From contig CAZVYJ010000009.1 of NCBI GenBank assembly GCA_964631565.1, forward strand, positions 4,862 through 68,861: a stretch of DNA of 64,000 nt, written 5' to 3'. How positions within the stretch are numbered: the stretch's first letter is position 1; each line of letters opens with the position of its first letter. The notes under the pieces were generated by a model that saw only the letters and a list, made by a program, of their open reading frames with translations, was not told the DNA's origin and ran no database searches. A program made the translations under genes and the position numbers. Shown in pieces: positions 38,330-47,947 of the stretch. The stretch comes from an uncultured Planctomycetaceae bacterium (GTDB taxonomy: Bacteria > Planctomycetota > Phycisphaerae > SM23-33).

Positions 38330-39701
38330 TTATGCTCGCAATCGCAGCCGTCAGCAGCCGCTCAAGTGTCGCTTCGTCCATCGCCGGGGCGGGCATCAGC
38401 ACGACGACGTCGCCCAGCGGCCGGATTATTACACCATGTTTCATCGCCCATTTGCAAACTTCGACGCCCGCCCGCTTCTGCGGGTCGAACGGTTTTCTGG
38501 CGGGGCGGTCCGCGACTAGCTCGATGCCGACCATCATGCCGCACTGGCGAATGTCGCCGACGTGCGGATGGTCAGCCAGTTCGGCAAGTCTGCTGCGAAT
38601 CAGCTCGACCTTGCCGGGCAGCTTATCCAGCAGGCCGCTCTTGAATATCAGGTCCGCGCTCGCGACGGCCGCTGCGCAGCCGAGCGCGTTGCCCGTGTAG
38701 GTATGCCCGTGATAGAAAGTTTTGCCTTCGCTCAACTCGCCGCAGAACGCGTCGAATATCCGCTGCGTCACCAGCGTAGCCGCCACGGGCAGGTAGCCGC
38801 CTGTAAGCCCTTTTCCGACGCACATCAGGTCGGGCGAGACGTTCTCATGCTCGCATGCGAACATTTTTCCGGTGCGGCAGAAGCCGGTGGCGACTTCGTC
38901 GGCGATGAGCAGCACGTCGTGTTTTCGCGTAATTTCGCGAAGGCCCGCAAGAAAGCCCGGCGTATGCGTAATCATGCCGGCCGCCGCCTGTATGAGCGGC
39001 TCGACGATGACAGCGCAGTATTCATCCGGCGATTCACTCAACGCACGTTCTATCTGCTCGAGGACGGCTTTTCCCGCCTCGTCGCCGGCCGGGTGATGGT
39101 ACGCGTTCGGCGAGTCGACGAACGTCACGTCGAACAGCAGCGGGCGGAACAGGCTGTGGAATGTTTCGATGCCGCCGACGCTTACCGAGCCTATCGTGTC
39201 GCCGTGGTAGCTGTCGCGAAGCGCGATGAACCGCCGCCGCTTTCGCTGCCCGATGTTGTGGTAATACTGGAACGCCATCTTGAGTGCGACCTCGACGGCC
39301 GTCGCGCCGCTGTCGCTGTAAAAAACCTTATCAAGCCCCGCCGGCGAAATTCGCACCAGCCGCTCGGCCAGTTCTATGCTCGGCGGCGAGCTGTGCCCCA
39401 GCAGCGTGGTGTGCGCGATGCGGTCGAGCTGGGCGCGAACTGCCGCATTTATCGCCGCCACGCGATGCCCGTGAAGATTGCACCACAGGCTCGAAAACCC
39501 GTCGATGTACCGCCCGCCGCGGGCATCGATAAGCTCGAAGCCCTCGCCCTTCACGATAATCCTGCCGGCGTCATCGCTGTCCGCCAGCCACTGCTTCATC
39601 GGCGTAAACGGATGCCATACATATTCGTTGTCCATCGCGACCATGCGGTCGGCGTATTCGCTGCCGTCATGAGGAACCGGTTTCGCCATTCGCTGCTGCA
39701 C
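38307..39701 (-). CDS. bioA: Adenosylmethionine-8-amino-7-oxononanoate aminotransferase
   Basis: Class III aminotransferase. Pyridoxal-phosphate lysine region LLIADEVATGFCRTGKMFACEH. Confidence 0.85.
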   Translation of the reverse strand: MQQRMAKPVPHDGSEYADRMVAMDNEYVWHPFTPMKQWLADSDDAGRIIVKGEGFELIDARGGRYIDGFSSLWCNLHGHRVAAINAAVRAQLDRIAHTTLLGHSSPPSIELAERLVRISPAGLDKVFYSDSGATAVEVALKMAFQYYHNIGQRKRRRFIALRDSYHGDTIGSVSVGGIETFHSLFRPLLFDVTFVDSPNAYHHPAGDEAGKAVLEQIERALSESPDEYCAVIVEPLIQAAAGMITHTPGFLAGLREITRKHDVLLIADEVATGFCRTGKMFACEHENVSPDLMCVGKGLTGGYLPVAATLVTQRIFDAFCGELSEGKTFYHGHTYTGNALGCAAAVASADLIFKSGLLDKLPGKVELIRSRLAELADHPHVGDIRQCGMMVGIELVADRPARKPFDPQKRAGVEVCKWAMKHGVIIRPLGDVVVLMPAPAMDEATLERLLTAAIASINEFFRQK

Positions 39702-39747
39702 TCCTGCCTTTTAAAGTGTTAAAACCGCCGCTCCGGCGACATATAAT

Positions 39748-40413
39748 ATGTTCATCATGTCCTCCGAGGAAGAAAATCTGCTTCTCGCCCGCCGCGATAT
39801 GGTCGAAACGCAGCTTCGCGCCCGCGGCATCAGCGACCAGACCGTCCTGGACGCATTCATGGAAATACCCCGCGAGCTGTTCGTCCCGCAGGAACTGCGG
39901 CATGAGGCATACGAGGACCATCCGATACAGATAGGCTTCGGCCAGACCATATCGCAGCCTTATGTGACGGCCCTTATGGTGCAGGAACTCCGCCCCGGGC
40001 GAAACGACCGCGTGCTGGACGTCGGCGCCGGCAGCGGCTACCAGACAGCGATACTGGCCCGGCTCGCCGGGCATGTATACGCCGTCGAGCGGATAGAGGC
40101 CCTTACCGCCCAGGCGGCAAGCGTGCTGGCGGCCGTCAATGCGGAAAACGTGACGCTGCGAACCGGCGACGGCACGCTGGGCTGGCCTGAGGAGGCCCCG
40201 TTCGACGGGATAATCTGCGGGGCAGCCGCCCCGCAGGTGCCGAAGCCCTGGCTGGACCAGCTTGCCGACGGCGGCAGAATCGTAACGCCGGTCGGCGGGC
40301 ACAATTCGCAGGTAATCCAGGTTATCGAAAAGCAAGGCGGCGGCATCCGCAAACGTGAGCTTTGCGCCGTGCGGTTCGTGAAACTCATCGGACAGGAGGG
40401 GTGGCCCGCTTGA
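39748..40413 (+). CDS. pcm: Protein-L-isoaspartate O-methyltransferase
   Basis: GQTISQPYVTALM and the SAM motif VLDVGAGSGYQTAILA. Confidence 0.9.
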   Translation: MFIMSSEEENLLLARRDMVETQLRARGISDQTVLDAFMEIPRELFVPQELRHEAYEDHPIQIGFGQTISQPYVTALMVQELRPGRNDRVLDVGAGSGYQTAILARLAGHVYAVERIEALTAQAASVLAAVNAENVTLRTGDGTLGWPEEAPFDGIICGAAAPQVPKPWLDQLADGGRIVTPVGGHNSQVIQVIEKQGGGIRKRELCAVRFVKLIGQEGWPA

Positions 40414-40470
40414 CAGCGGCGCCGCCTGCGGTATCATCGCTGGCGTTGTTTCCATTAAAACTCAACTGCT

Positions 40471-40821
40471 TTGGAGAAAACCATGCGATATGTACTGTCT
40501 CTGGCTTTAGTGCTGTCACTGCTCGCAGGCTGCGAAAAGAAAAACGAAGTCAAGACCACCGAAGTTCCGCCGGACAGGACAATGGAAGAACTTGCCCCTC
40601 CGACTCCGACGGACAACGGCGGATCGACCATTGACGACTCGACACCGACTCGGTTGACCCCGGTCGAGAGAACTTACACAATCCAGAAGGGCGACACGCT
40701 CTGGTCGATCGCCCGCACCCAGCTCGGCGACGGCAAGCGATACAAGGAAATCATGGAGCTTAATCCGGGCCTCGAACCGAACAAGCTGCGCATCGGCACG
40801 GTAATCAAGCTTCCTGAATAG
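40471..40821 (+). CDS. LysM-domain lipoprotein
   Basis: Lipobox LLAGC. The C-terminus TYTIQKGDTLWSIA...GTVIKLPE is a LysM domain. Confidence 0.8.
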   Translation: MEKTMRYVLSLALVLSLLAGCEKKNEVKTTEVPPDRTMEELAPPTPTDNGGSTIDDSTPTRLTPVERTYTIQKGDTLWSIARTQLGDGKRYKEIMELNPGLEPNKLRIGTVIKLPE

Positions 40822-40826
40822 CCAAG

Positions 40827-42902
40827 GTGCCTAAACTCGAACTCGACACGCCCGTTCAGTATGTCAAAGGCGTCGGCCCGGTCCGCGCGGAGCAACTGGC
40901 CGAGCTTGGCGTGCGTACCGTCGAGGATCTGCTCACATACTTCCCGCGGCGGTTTAATCTGCGCAGGCAGGTTCAGCCCATCGAAACGCTGCACGGCGAC
41001 GAGCCGGCCGCAACCGTCGCGGGCGAGGTAATCGAGACGCGAGAGCTGCGCTTCGGAAAGAGGCCGTTCTTCGAGTGCAGCCTCGACGACGGCACGGGCT
41101 GCGTCACCGTGAAATGGTTCCACGGCGGATACCTGCGCGACCGGATAAAATCCGGCTCGAACATGGTCGTAAGCGGCAGAGTTTCCACCTACAAGGAAGC
41201 CATCCAGTTCATCAACCCGCGATTCGAGGTGCTCTGGGACGCGGAAGCCGCCGATTTATCACAGGACGAGCTGCTGCCGGTCTACCCGGCCGGGGCAAAA
41301 CTCACCAGCGGGCATATCGCCCAGATAATAAAAAAAGTTCTGCCGCAGGCGAAAGACCTGCTGCCGCGATGGTTCGATCAGAAATATCTCGCCGACCGCG
41401 GCCTGCCCGACCGCCCCGCCGCCATCGCCGCGATGCACCACCCGGAAGACAAGGACCAGTGGGCCTCCGCCCGCCGGCGCATGGCCTACGACGAGTGCCT
41501 GCTCATGCAGCTCGGCATAGCACTGATGCGAATGCGCGAGGTCAGCCGGCCTGCTCACCCCGTGAAATGCAGCGAGGAAATCGACAAGCGCATCCGCGCG
41601 AGGTTCCCGTTCGCCCTGACGGCCGCCCAGGATAAGGCCGTCGCGGAAATCGCAGCTGATATGGCCCGCGAGAAACCGATGAACCGCCTGCTTCAGGGCG
41701 ACGTAGGCTCCGGCAAAACGGTCGTCGCGCTCTACGCAGCGCTGGCTGCCGTCGCCGGAGGCTACCAGACGGCTATCATGACCCCGACGGAAATCCTCGC
41801 CACGCAGCATTACAATAAAATCGAAAATTATCTTTCCGGCAGCAGGGTCCGCACCGCCCTGCTTGTCGGCGGGCAGCCGGCCGCCAGGCGGAAGGAAATT
41901 CTCGACTCGCTGGCCGCTGGCGAAATCGACATCGTCGTCGGCACGCACGCGCTGATAAGCGAGGGCGTGAAGTTCGGCAAGCTGGCACTTGTGGTCATCG
42001 ACGAGCAGCACAAGTTCGGCGTCCGCCAGCGCACGGTAATCCGCGGCAAGGGTTTCGCGCCGCATTACCTGGTGATGACGGCTACGCCAATCCCCCGCAC
42101 GCTGGCAATGACGGTTTTTGGCGATCTGGACGTGTCGGTAATAGACGCGATGCCGCCCGGCCGCGGCAAAACCGAAACCCGCTGCATCCGCGAAACCGAA
42201 CTGCCGGACACGCTGCATTTCGTCGCGGAGAAACTCGAGTCCGGCCAGCAGGCGTATTTCATCTATCCGCTGGTCAATCCCTCGCCGCAGCTGGAGCTGA
42301 CTGCAGCAGAGGACGCATGCAGGGAGCTTTCGGCAAGCGAGCTTGGACGGTTCGGCGTGGGGCTTATCCATGGGCAGATGCCGGCCGCCAAAAAGGACGC
42401 CGTAATGGCCGACTTCCGCAGCGGGAAAATCAGGGTGCTCGTTGCGTCGGTGGTCGTGGAGGTCGGCGTCGACGTGCCGGCCGCCAACGTGATGGTCGTC
42501 ATGCACGCCGAGCGATTCGGGCTGGCGCAGCTGCACCAGCTTCGCGGGCGAATCGGCCGGTCGACGCAGGACGCCGTGTGCATACTCGTCGCGTCGCCGA
42601 GAAATCCCATCGCGAAGCAGCGACTGGACGTGCTGGTCAAGACGAACGACGGCTTCAAAATCGCCGAGGAAGACCTGCGGCTTCGCGGGCCGGGCGAAAT
42701 TTTCGGCACGAAACAGCACGGCCTGCCGGAACTGAAGGTCGCGGACCTTATAGAAGACTTCGAGCTGCTGCGGATGGCCAGGCGCGACGCGTTCGGAATA
42801 GTAAAGGACGACCCGACGCTGTCTGCCCCCCACAACCAGCAGCTCCGCCGCGAGGTCGTCAAGGCCTACGCAGGAAGGCTGAGCTTCCTGGCGGGAGCGT
42901 AG
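40827..42902 (+). CDS. recG: ATP-dependent DNA helicase RecG
   Basis: GTG start. Wedge domain plus helicase motifs: GDVGSGKT, DEQH, TATPIPRT, QLRGRIGR. Confidence 0.9.
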   Translation: MPKLELDTPVQYVKGVGPVRAEQLAELGVRTVEDLLTYFPRRFNLRRQVQPIETLHGDEPAATVAGEVIETRELRFGKRPFFECSLDDGTGCVTVKWFHGGYLRDRIKSGSNMVVSGRVSTYKEAIQFINPRFEVLWDAEAADLSQDELLPVYPAGAKLTSGHIAQIIKKVLPQAKDLLPRWFDQKYLADRGLPDRPAAIAAMHHPEDKDQWASARRRMAYDECLLMQLGIALMRMREVSRPAHPVKCSEEIDKRIRARFPFALTAAQDKAVAEIAADMAREKPMNRLLQGDVGSGKTVVALYAALAAVAGGYQTAIMTPTEILATQHYNKIENYLSGSRVRTALLVGGQPAARRKEILDSLAAGEIDIVVGTHALISEGVKFGKLALVVIDEQHKFGVRQRTVIRGKGFAPHYLVMTATPIPRTLAMTVFGDLDVSVIDAMPPGRGKTETRCIRETELPDTLHFVAEKLESGQQAYFIYPLVNPSPQLELTAAEDACRELSASELGRFGVGLIHGQMPAAKKDAVMADFRSGKIRVLVASVVVEVGVDVPAANVMVVMHAERFGLAQLHQLRGRIGRSTQDAVCILVASPRNPIAKQRLDVLVKTNDGFKIAEEDLRLRGPGEIFGTKQHGLPELKVADLIEDFELLRMARRDAFGIVKDDPTLSAPHNQQLRREVVKAYAGRLSFLAGA

Positions 42903-43115
42903 AAAATGATGGATTGTCATACTATTTCTTCACACACTAGCCCAGAGTGCAAACGAGGGGTTATCTGCTGTTTTTTACTTAAATACCCCTCACTTACGTT
43001 CAGGGCTAGTTTTGCGCCGTTTCTTTCTGCGTTTGACGTTGCGTCTTGCGGTAGTTAGCATGTTTGCTGATTTTACGCGGGCGATAATGCCCGGCACACG
43101 GCATGGGAGTGCAAT

Positions 43116-43517
43116 GTGAGCAAGTTAGAAGACAGCATCAAGGGTTTGAAGTACGATTCAGCCGGGCTTATCCCGGCCGTCTGCATAGACGCGAAGACGA
43201 AACAGGTTCTCATGGTCGCGTACATGAACGAGGCGTCGCTGCTGGACACGATAAAGACCGGCAAGACGCATTTCTGGTCTCGCAGCCGGCAGAAATACTG
43301 GATGAAAGGCGAATCGTCCGGCCATACGCAGGAAGTCAAGGCCATCTACACCGACTGCGACAAAGACACGCTGGTAATCGAAGTTACCCAGCATGGCGCC
43401 GCCTGCCACGAAGGCTACTACTCATGCTTCTACCGCAAACTGAGCAAGGCCGGCGAATGGGAAGTAGTTGCGGAAAAGCTTTTCGACCCGGAAAAAATTT
43501 ACAAAGACAAAAAATAG
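43116..43517 (+). CDS. hisI: Phosphoribosyl-AMP cyclohydrolase
   Basis: GLIPAVCIDAKTKQVLMVAYMNEASL...SGHTQEV...DCDKDTLVIEV matches HisI. GTG start. Confidence 0.85.
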   Translation: MSKLEDSIKGLKYDSAGLIPAVCIDAKTKQVLMVAYMNEASLLDTIKTGKTHFWSRSRQKYWMKGESSGHTQEVKAIYTDCDKDTLVIEVTQHGAACHEGYYSCFYRKLSKAGEWEVVAEKLFDPEKIYKDKK

Positions 43518-43559
43518 CCGCAAGGGATCAATAAGTTTCCGCCTGCCCGGGGAACATAT

Positions 43560-45482
43560 ATGGCAGAAATCGCAAGTCCAACCCGCAAGGAAGCTAAAAG
43601 GCGCATAACGATGTCGCTGGACATCATGCTGGCGATAACCGGCCTGGCCGCCATCGCCGCGCTGATACTGGACTACGGTTTCCGCCAGCCTCCGGTTCCA
43701 AAACATATTCTGCACGTCGTCCAGTCGGTAATTGTGCTGCTGTTCATCGGCGACCGGACGGCCAGGCTGCTGCTGGCGAAGCACAGGCTGACCTATCTGC
43801 GCGAGAACTGGATGGACTTCGCGTTGATTCTGCTGATAGTAGTCGGCGGATTCGCGGCGATACAGTTCCGCAGCGACATGGTGTCCGCCGGCGCGCTGTA
43901 CATTTTCATCACGCAGGCGTACATACTGATAACCCTCATACTTCGCGGCGTCGGCGTAAATCTGCGGTTCGCCAGCAGCGGCATATCGCCGAGCCTGCTG
44001 CTTGTCGGCAGTTTCGCGGTGATCTGCCTCATCGGCTCGGGCCTGCTGATGCTGCCCGTAGCAACGCCAGTCGACAGCCCGATTACATACGACCAGGCGA
44101 TTTTCACGGCTACAAGCGCCACGTGCGTAACCGGGCTTACAGTGCGTGACACCGGCGGCGACTTCACGCTGTTCGGCCAGGCCGTCATACTCATGATGAT
44201 ACAGGTCGGCGGCCTGGGCATAATGTTGTTCGGCACGGTGCTGGCGATGCTGGTCGGCAAATCGCTGTCGATGCGGACAAACACAGCCATCGGCGAGATG
44301 CTTTCCACCGAGCAGGTGGGCAGGCTCGGGCGAATCGCCATGTTCGTCGTGGCGGTGACGTTCCTGCTGGAACTTATCGGCGCAATAATGTTCTACCCGA
44401 TGTTCGCTGCGGCCCGCGACGCCGCCGGCCAGCCGCTCTCCACTGCCGGCGCCATCTGGTACAGCGCATTCCACAGCGTGTCGAGTTTCTGCAACGCCGG
44501 CTTCTCGCTGTACAACGCGAACATGATGGAAGGCGTCGGCAAGTGGGCCGAACCGCTGCGGGACCACTGGCAGGTGTTCGGCGTGATGATGCCGCTGATT
44601 GTTCTCGGCGGATTGGGCTTCCCGGTGCTGCAGGACTGCGCGAAGTGGACGATTTCGTTCGCCAGGCGCGTCGCCGGGCGGCTTAAGGGCAGGCCGATTC
44701 TGCCTGATTACTCACAGAGAGTCCGTCTCTCGCTGCACAGCAAAATCGTGCTGACCACGACGGCGGCGCTGATAATCGTCGGAGCGGCCGTCCTTCTGGC
44801 GGTCGAGCCACGACCGATCGGCCGCAATGAAGACACCGATCCCCGGCGAATCGGCGGCAATCCGGTTAACAGCTACCAGCCGCGACCCATCGGCGACTGG
44901 GAAGGCATGGGCTGGCCGCAGCGGGCGCGCGAGGCGCTGTTCCAGTCGGTCAGCGCGCGGACGGCCGGCTTCAACACGATCGACATGGCGGAACTTTCCG
45001 ACGCCGGCAAGTTGTGGATGTGCGGGCTGATGAGCATCGGCGGCAGCCCGGCCGGCACTGCGGGCGGCATGAAAACCGTCACATTCGCCATGCTCATAGT
45101 CGCGACATACAGCGTGCTCCGCAAACGCGGCGAGGCGGAAGTGTTCAAGCGGTCCGTGCCCTCGCAGCTTATGCACCGGGCGGCGGCGATCGCGCTGATG
45201 TACATGGGCCTGGTCTGCGTGATAACTCTGCTGCTGTGCGTGTCGATGCGGAACGGCAGCGGGTGCAAATTCATCGACCTGATGTTCGAGTCGTGCAGCG
45301 CATGCGGAACGGTTGGCCTGTCCACCGGCGTCACCAGGAGCTTGACACTCTCGGGCAAACTAATCATTGTAGCCGGTATGTTCATCGGGCGAATCGGGCC
45401 GCTGACGCTTCTGCTTGCTCTGACAGCCGGCGTCAAGCCCGCAAGATACTCTTACCCGACTGAGCCGGTCGTAATAGGATAA
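43560..45482 (+). CDS. trkH: TrkH/KtrB-family K+ transporter membrane subunit, with an N-terminal extension
   Basis: Repeated pore-loop (M-P-M-P) glycine motifs. 640 aa. The first ~100 aa are an extra membrane region. Confidence 0.8.
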   Translation: MAEIASPTRKEAKRRITMSLDIMLAITGLAAIAALILDYGFRQPPVPKHILHVVQSVIVLLFIGDRTARLLLAKHRLTYLRENWMDFALILLIVVGGFAAIQFRSDMVSAGALYIFITQAYILITLILRGVGVNLRFASSGISPSLLLVGSFAVICLIGSGLLMLPVATPVDSPITYDQAIFTATSATCVTGLTVRDTGGDFTLFGQAVILMMIQVGGLGIMLFGTVLAMLVGKSLSMRTNTAIGEMLSTEQVGRLGRIAMFVVAVTFLLELIGAIMFYPMFAAARDAAGQPLSTAGAIWYSAFHSVSSFCNAGFSLYNANMMEGVGKWAEPLRDHWQVFGVMMPLIVLGGLGFPVLQDCAKWTISFARRVAGRLKGRPILPDYSQRVRLSLHSKIVLTTTAALIIVGAAVLLAVEPRPIGRNEDTDPRRIGGNPVNSYQPRPIGDWEGMGWPQRAREALFQSVSARTAGFNTIDMAELSDAGKLWMCGLMSIGGSPAGTAGGMKTVTFAMLIVATYSVLRKRGEAEVFKRSVPSQLMHRAAAIALMYMGLVCVITLLLCVSMRNGSGCKFIDLMFESCSACGTVGLSTGVTRSLTLSGKLIIVAGMFIGRIGPLTLLLALTAGVKPARYSYPTEPVVIG

Positions 45483-45486
45483 AAAC

Positions 45487-46173
45487 ATGGAACGCTACGC
45501 CATAATAGGACTGGGACGTTTCGGCTCGCGGCTGGCCACACTGCTGGTCGACGCCGGCGCCGAAGTTATCGCCATAGACAAACAACGCGAACTGGTCGAG
45601 GCCATGCGCGACCGCGTAACGCTGGCGGTATGCCTCGACAGCACCGACGAGGAAGCCCTTCTCGCGCAGGGCATCGACAAGGTCGACGTAGCAATCGTCG
45701 GCATAGGCACAGCCTTCGAAGCCAGCGCGCTGACCACAGTCATACTCAAGCAGATAGGCGTGCCCCGCGTAATCGCAAGGGCCACCACATCGGTCAGGGC
45801 GCAGATACTTTCACGCATCGGGGCAGACGACATCGTGAACCCGGAGCAGGAATCGGCCGAACGGTGGCGGAACCGCCTGATGGCGCCGTCGATAATGGAA
45901 CGGATAGAGCTGGCCGAGGGGTTCAGCCTGGTTCAGGTGGCGGCCCCGGAAAAATTCGCCGGCAAAACGCTGATGGAGCTGAACGTCCGCAACAAGTACA
46001 ACGTCAACGTGGTGGCAATCCGGAGAACCGTCGCCGAAAGCGACGAAGAAGGCATAAAGCGGACTCGACAGTTCGTTCTCAGCGTGCCGATGGCTGACAC
46101 GAAAATAGAGTCCGGCGACGTGCTGCTGATAATCGGCGACAATGAATCGATACGCAATTTCCCCGCGGCGTAA
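45487..46173 (+). CDS. trkA: TrkA/KtrA regulatory subunit (RCK: TrkA-N plus TrkA-C)
   Basis: The Rossmann motif GLGRFGSRLA is the NAD-binding site. The C-terminus is a TrkA-C-like domain. Confidence 0.85.
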   Translation: MERYAIIGLGRFGSRLATLLVDAGAEVIAIDKQRELVEAMRDRVTLAVCLDSTDEEALLAQGIDKVDVAIVGIGTAFEASALTTVILKQIGVPRVIARATTSVRAQILSRIGADDIVNPEQESAERWRNRLMAPSIMERIELAEGFSLVQVAAPEKFAGKTLMELNVRNKYNVNVVAIRRTVAESDEEGIKRTRQFVLSVPMADTKIESGDVLLIIGDNESIRNFPAA

Positions 46174-46194
46174 GTTCGCAACCATCGTAAACAG

Positions 46195-46233
46195 AATAAA
46201 AAGCCCACCTATCAGGGGTGGGCTTTTTATTTT
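46195..46233. terminator. Bidirectional Rho-independent terminator between trkA and rpiB
   Basis: AATAAAA-agcccacc-tatcagg-ggtgggct-TTTTATTTT. Confidence 0.8.
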
Positions 46234-46256
46234 CGATATATACAGGATCGCCCCGC

Positions 46257-46751
46257 TTATCTTCCGTTGTCGGTCAGACCGTTGAAATCGTCGAAGTCGG
46301 CAGGGTTTTTGTTCTGCTCGATCCATCCTATTTTGCGGACTCGGCGTTCGTGCCGCCCGCCGCCGTCGAACTCGGTCGTCAGCCAGCTCGACACGATTCT
46401 TCGCATCAGTTCTTCGCCCAGCACGTCGCTGGCAAGGCAGAGAATATTCGCGTTGTTGTGTCTGCGGGAAAGCTGGGCGGTCAGTTCGTCGTGGCAGAGG
46501 GCAGCCCGGGCGCCGCAAACCTTGTTGGCGCAGATTGTCATGCCGATGCCGCTTCCGCAGATCAGTATGGCCCTGTCAACCTTGCCGCCCGTGACAGCCA
46601 TCGCGACAGGATATGCAATGTCCGGGTAGTCGCAGCTCTTGGAGCTGTTTGTGCCCATGTCAATAACTTCGTGTCCCTGCTCATTGAGAAGGACAGTTAT
46701 CTTTTCCTTAAAACTGTGTCCTCGATGGTCCGCGCCGACAGCGATTCTCAT
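46257..46751 (-). CDS. rpiB: Ribose-5-phosphate isomerase B
   Basis: MRIAVGADHRG...ILICGSGIGMTICANK matches the RpiB/LacAB family. Confidence 0.9.
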   Translation of the reverse strand: MRIAVGADHRGHSFKEKITVLLNEQGHEVIDMGTNSSKSCDYPDIAYPVAMAVTGGKVDRAILICGSGIGMTICANKVCGARAALCHDELTAQLSRRHNNANILCLASDVLGEELMRRIVSSWLTTEFDGGGRHERRVRKIGWIEQNKNPADFDDFNGLTDNGR

Positions 46752-46769
46752 TTTTCGATCCCGTTTAAC

Positions 46770-47873
46770 CTATTTAAGAACAGACTTAAGAGCCTGCTGT
46801 ATTTTAAGAGCGGTTTTTTCATAAACTTCCGCTCCTCCGCCGATGGGGTCCGGAATGTCGCCGCTTGATGCCAGTGTTCTGACTTTTCCGACTGCTGAAG
46901 GCAACATTTGACGAACCGCTTCGACATGGAAATCCGTCATGCAGAATACCACATCTGCATCATTTATCAATTCTGTTGTCAATTTTCGGCTGCGGTGGCG
47001 GGAAATATCCGCACCAAGCGATTTCGCCGCTAAAATCGCTTCGGGCGTGGCTTTATTGCCGTCTGCGGCGAAAATTCCGGCAGAAATAATGTCAATACCG
47101 TAATTCCGCAGATCGCCGGCGCTGCACCCGAACTTTTCCGCAAAATATTTTTTCGCCAGGCCGGCCGCCATGGGGCTTCGACAAGTATTGCCCGTGCATA
47201 CGAATACGATTTTCCGCCTCAGCAGCCTCCTGATTGTACGCTCGCAGTAAACGCCCGAGCGGACAAGCTTCCAGCCGCCCTCTTCGAAGCTGACAATCGT
47301 ACTGTCCTTGCCGAATTCCGTCGCCCCGGTGTCTATGAGCAGGTCGATCCGGCCGTTGAGGTATCTGATGACATCATCGGCGTTGCGAGGGGATTTTTTT
47401 CCGGCCGGGTTCGCGCTGGGCGCCACGACCGGCCCGCCGGCGGCAGCCAGCATTCTCTCGCACAGCAGGCCGCGCGGGCATCGCAGCCCTATCGTGTCAT
47501 CCGAGCAGAGCACGTCGTACAAACCGGCCTGCTGAAGCTTCCGGTCGGCCAGCTTTCCGCCGGTCGGCAGAATGATGGTGACCGGACCCGGCCAGGTCTT
47601 GGCCATAAGCCGGGCGGCATCTTCAGGAATCTCCCGAACGAACATCGACACGTCCCGCGCCGAGGCGATATGAACGCTGAAAGGCCCCTTCGGGCGGGAT
47701 TTCACCCGGCGAAGGCGTTCGATGGCCCCTTCGTGCGAGGCAAGAGCGGCTATGCCGTAAACCGTCTCGGTGGCGAATCCCACAAGCTTGCCGGCCCGCA
47801 AGGCTTCTGCGCCGGCCGCGGCGGCCGCGACGACTTCAGACTCCGTTCCGGGTTTTATGACCTTCGTTTCCAT
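46770..47873 (-). CDS. tsaC: Fusion protein: L-threonylcarbamoyladenylate synthase domain (TsaC/YrdC/Sua5) plus low-molecular-weight protein-tyrosine phosphatase (LMW-PTP)
   Basis: N-terminal GKLVGFATETVYGIAA...KSRPKGPFSVH is the YrdC signature. The C-terminal VFVCTGNTCRSPMAAG is the CX5R P-loop of LMW-PTP / ArsC-like phosphatases. The track start at 47954 is a GTG. I prefer ATG 47873 (METKVIKPG). Confidence 0.8.
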   Translation of the reverse strand: METKVIKPGTESEVVAAAAAGAEALRAGKLVGFATETVYGIAALASHEGAIERLRRVKSRPKGPFSVHIASARDVSMFVREIPEDAARLMAKTWPGPVTIILPTGGKLADRKLQQAGLYDVLCSDDTIGLRCPRGLLCERMLAAAGGPVVAPSANPAGKKSPRNADDVIRYLNGRIDLLIDTGATEFGKDSTIVSFEEGGWKLVRSGVYCERTIRRLLRRKIVFVCTGNTCRSPMAAGLAKKYFAEKFGCSAGDLRNYGIDIISAGIFAADGNKATPEAILAAKSLGADISRHRSRKLTTELINDADVVFCMTDFHVEAVRQMLPSAVGKVRTLASSGDIPDPIGGGAEVYEKTALKIQQALKSVLK

Positions 47874-47947
47874 ACCGTTCTGCAAGAGCAATTTATTATC
47901 CCAACTGAACCGAGGCAGTTCAAGGTGAACCGGCGGCAAGGCCGTGC

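Noticed and set aside
42903-43115. Intergenic regions scanned for tRNA or other RNA genes: 42903-43115, and also 57123-57476 and 9669-9988
   Set aside because: No cloverleaf-compatible sequence was found (no GTTC-R-A T-loop with a matching acceptor stem). Only small hairpins were seen. No RNA gene was called.
41259-45436. Long minus-strand ORFs antisense to recG (41259..42920) and trkH (43422..44567, 44873..45436)
   Set aside because: recG has helicase motifs and trkH has pore-loop motifs, which fix the coding strand. The antisense ORFs are compositional artefacts.
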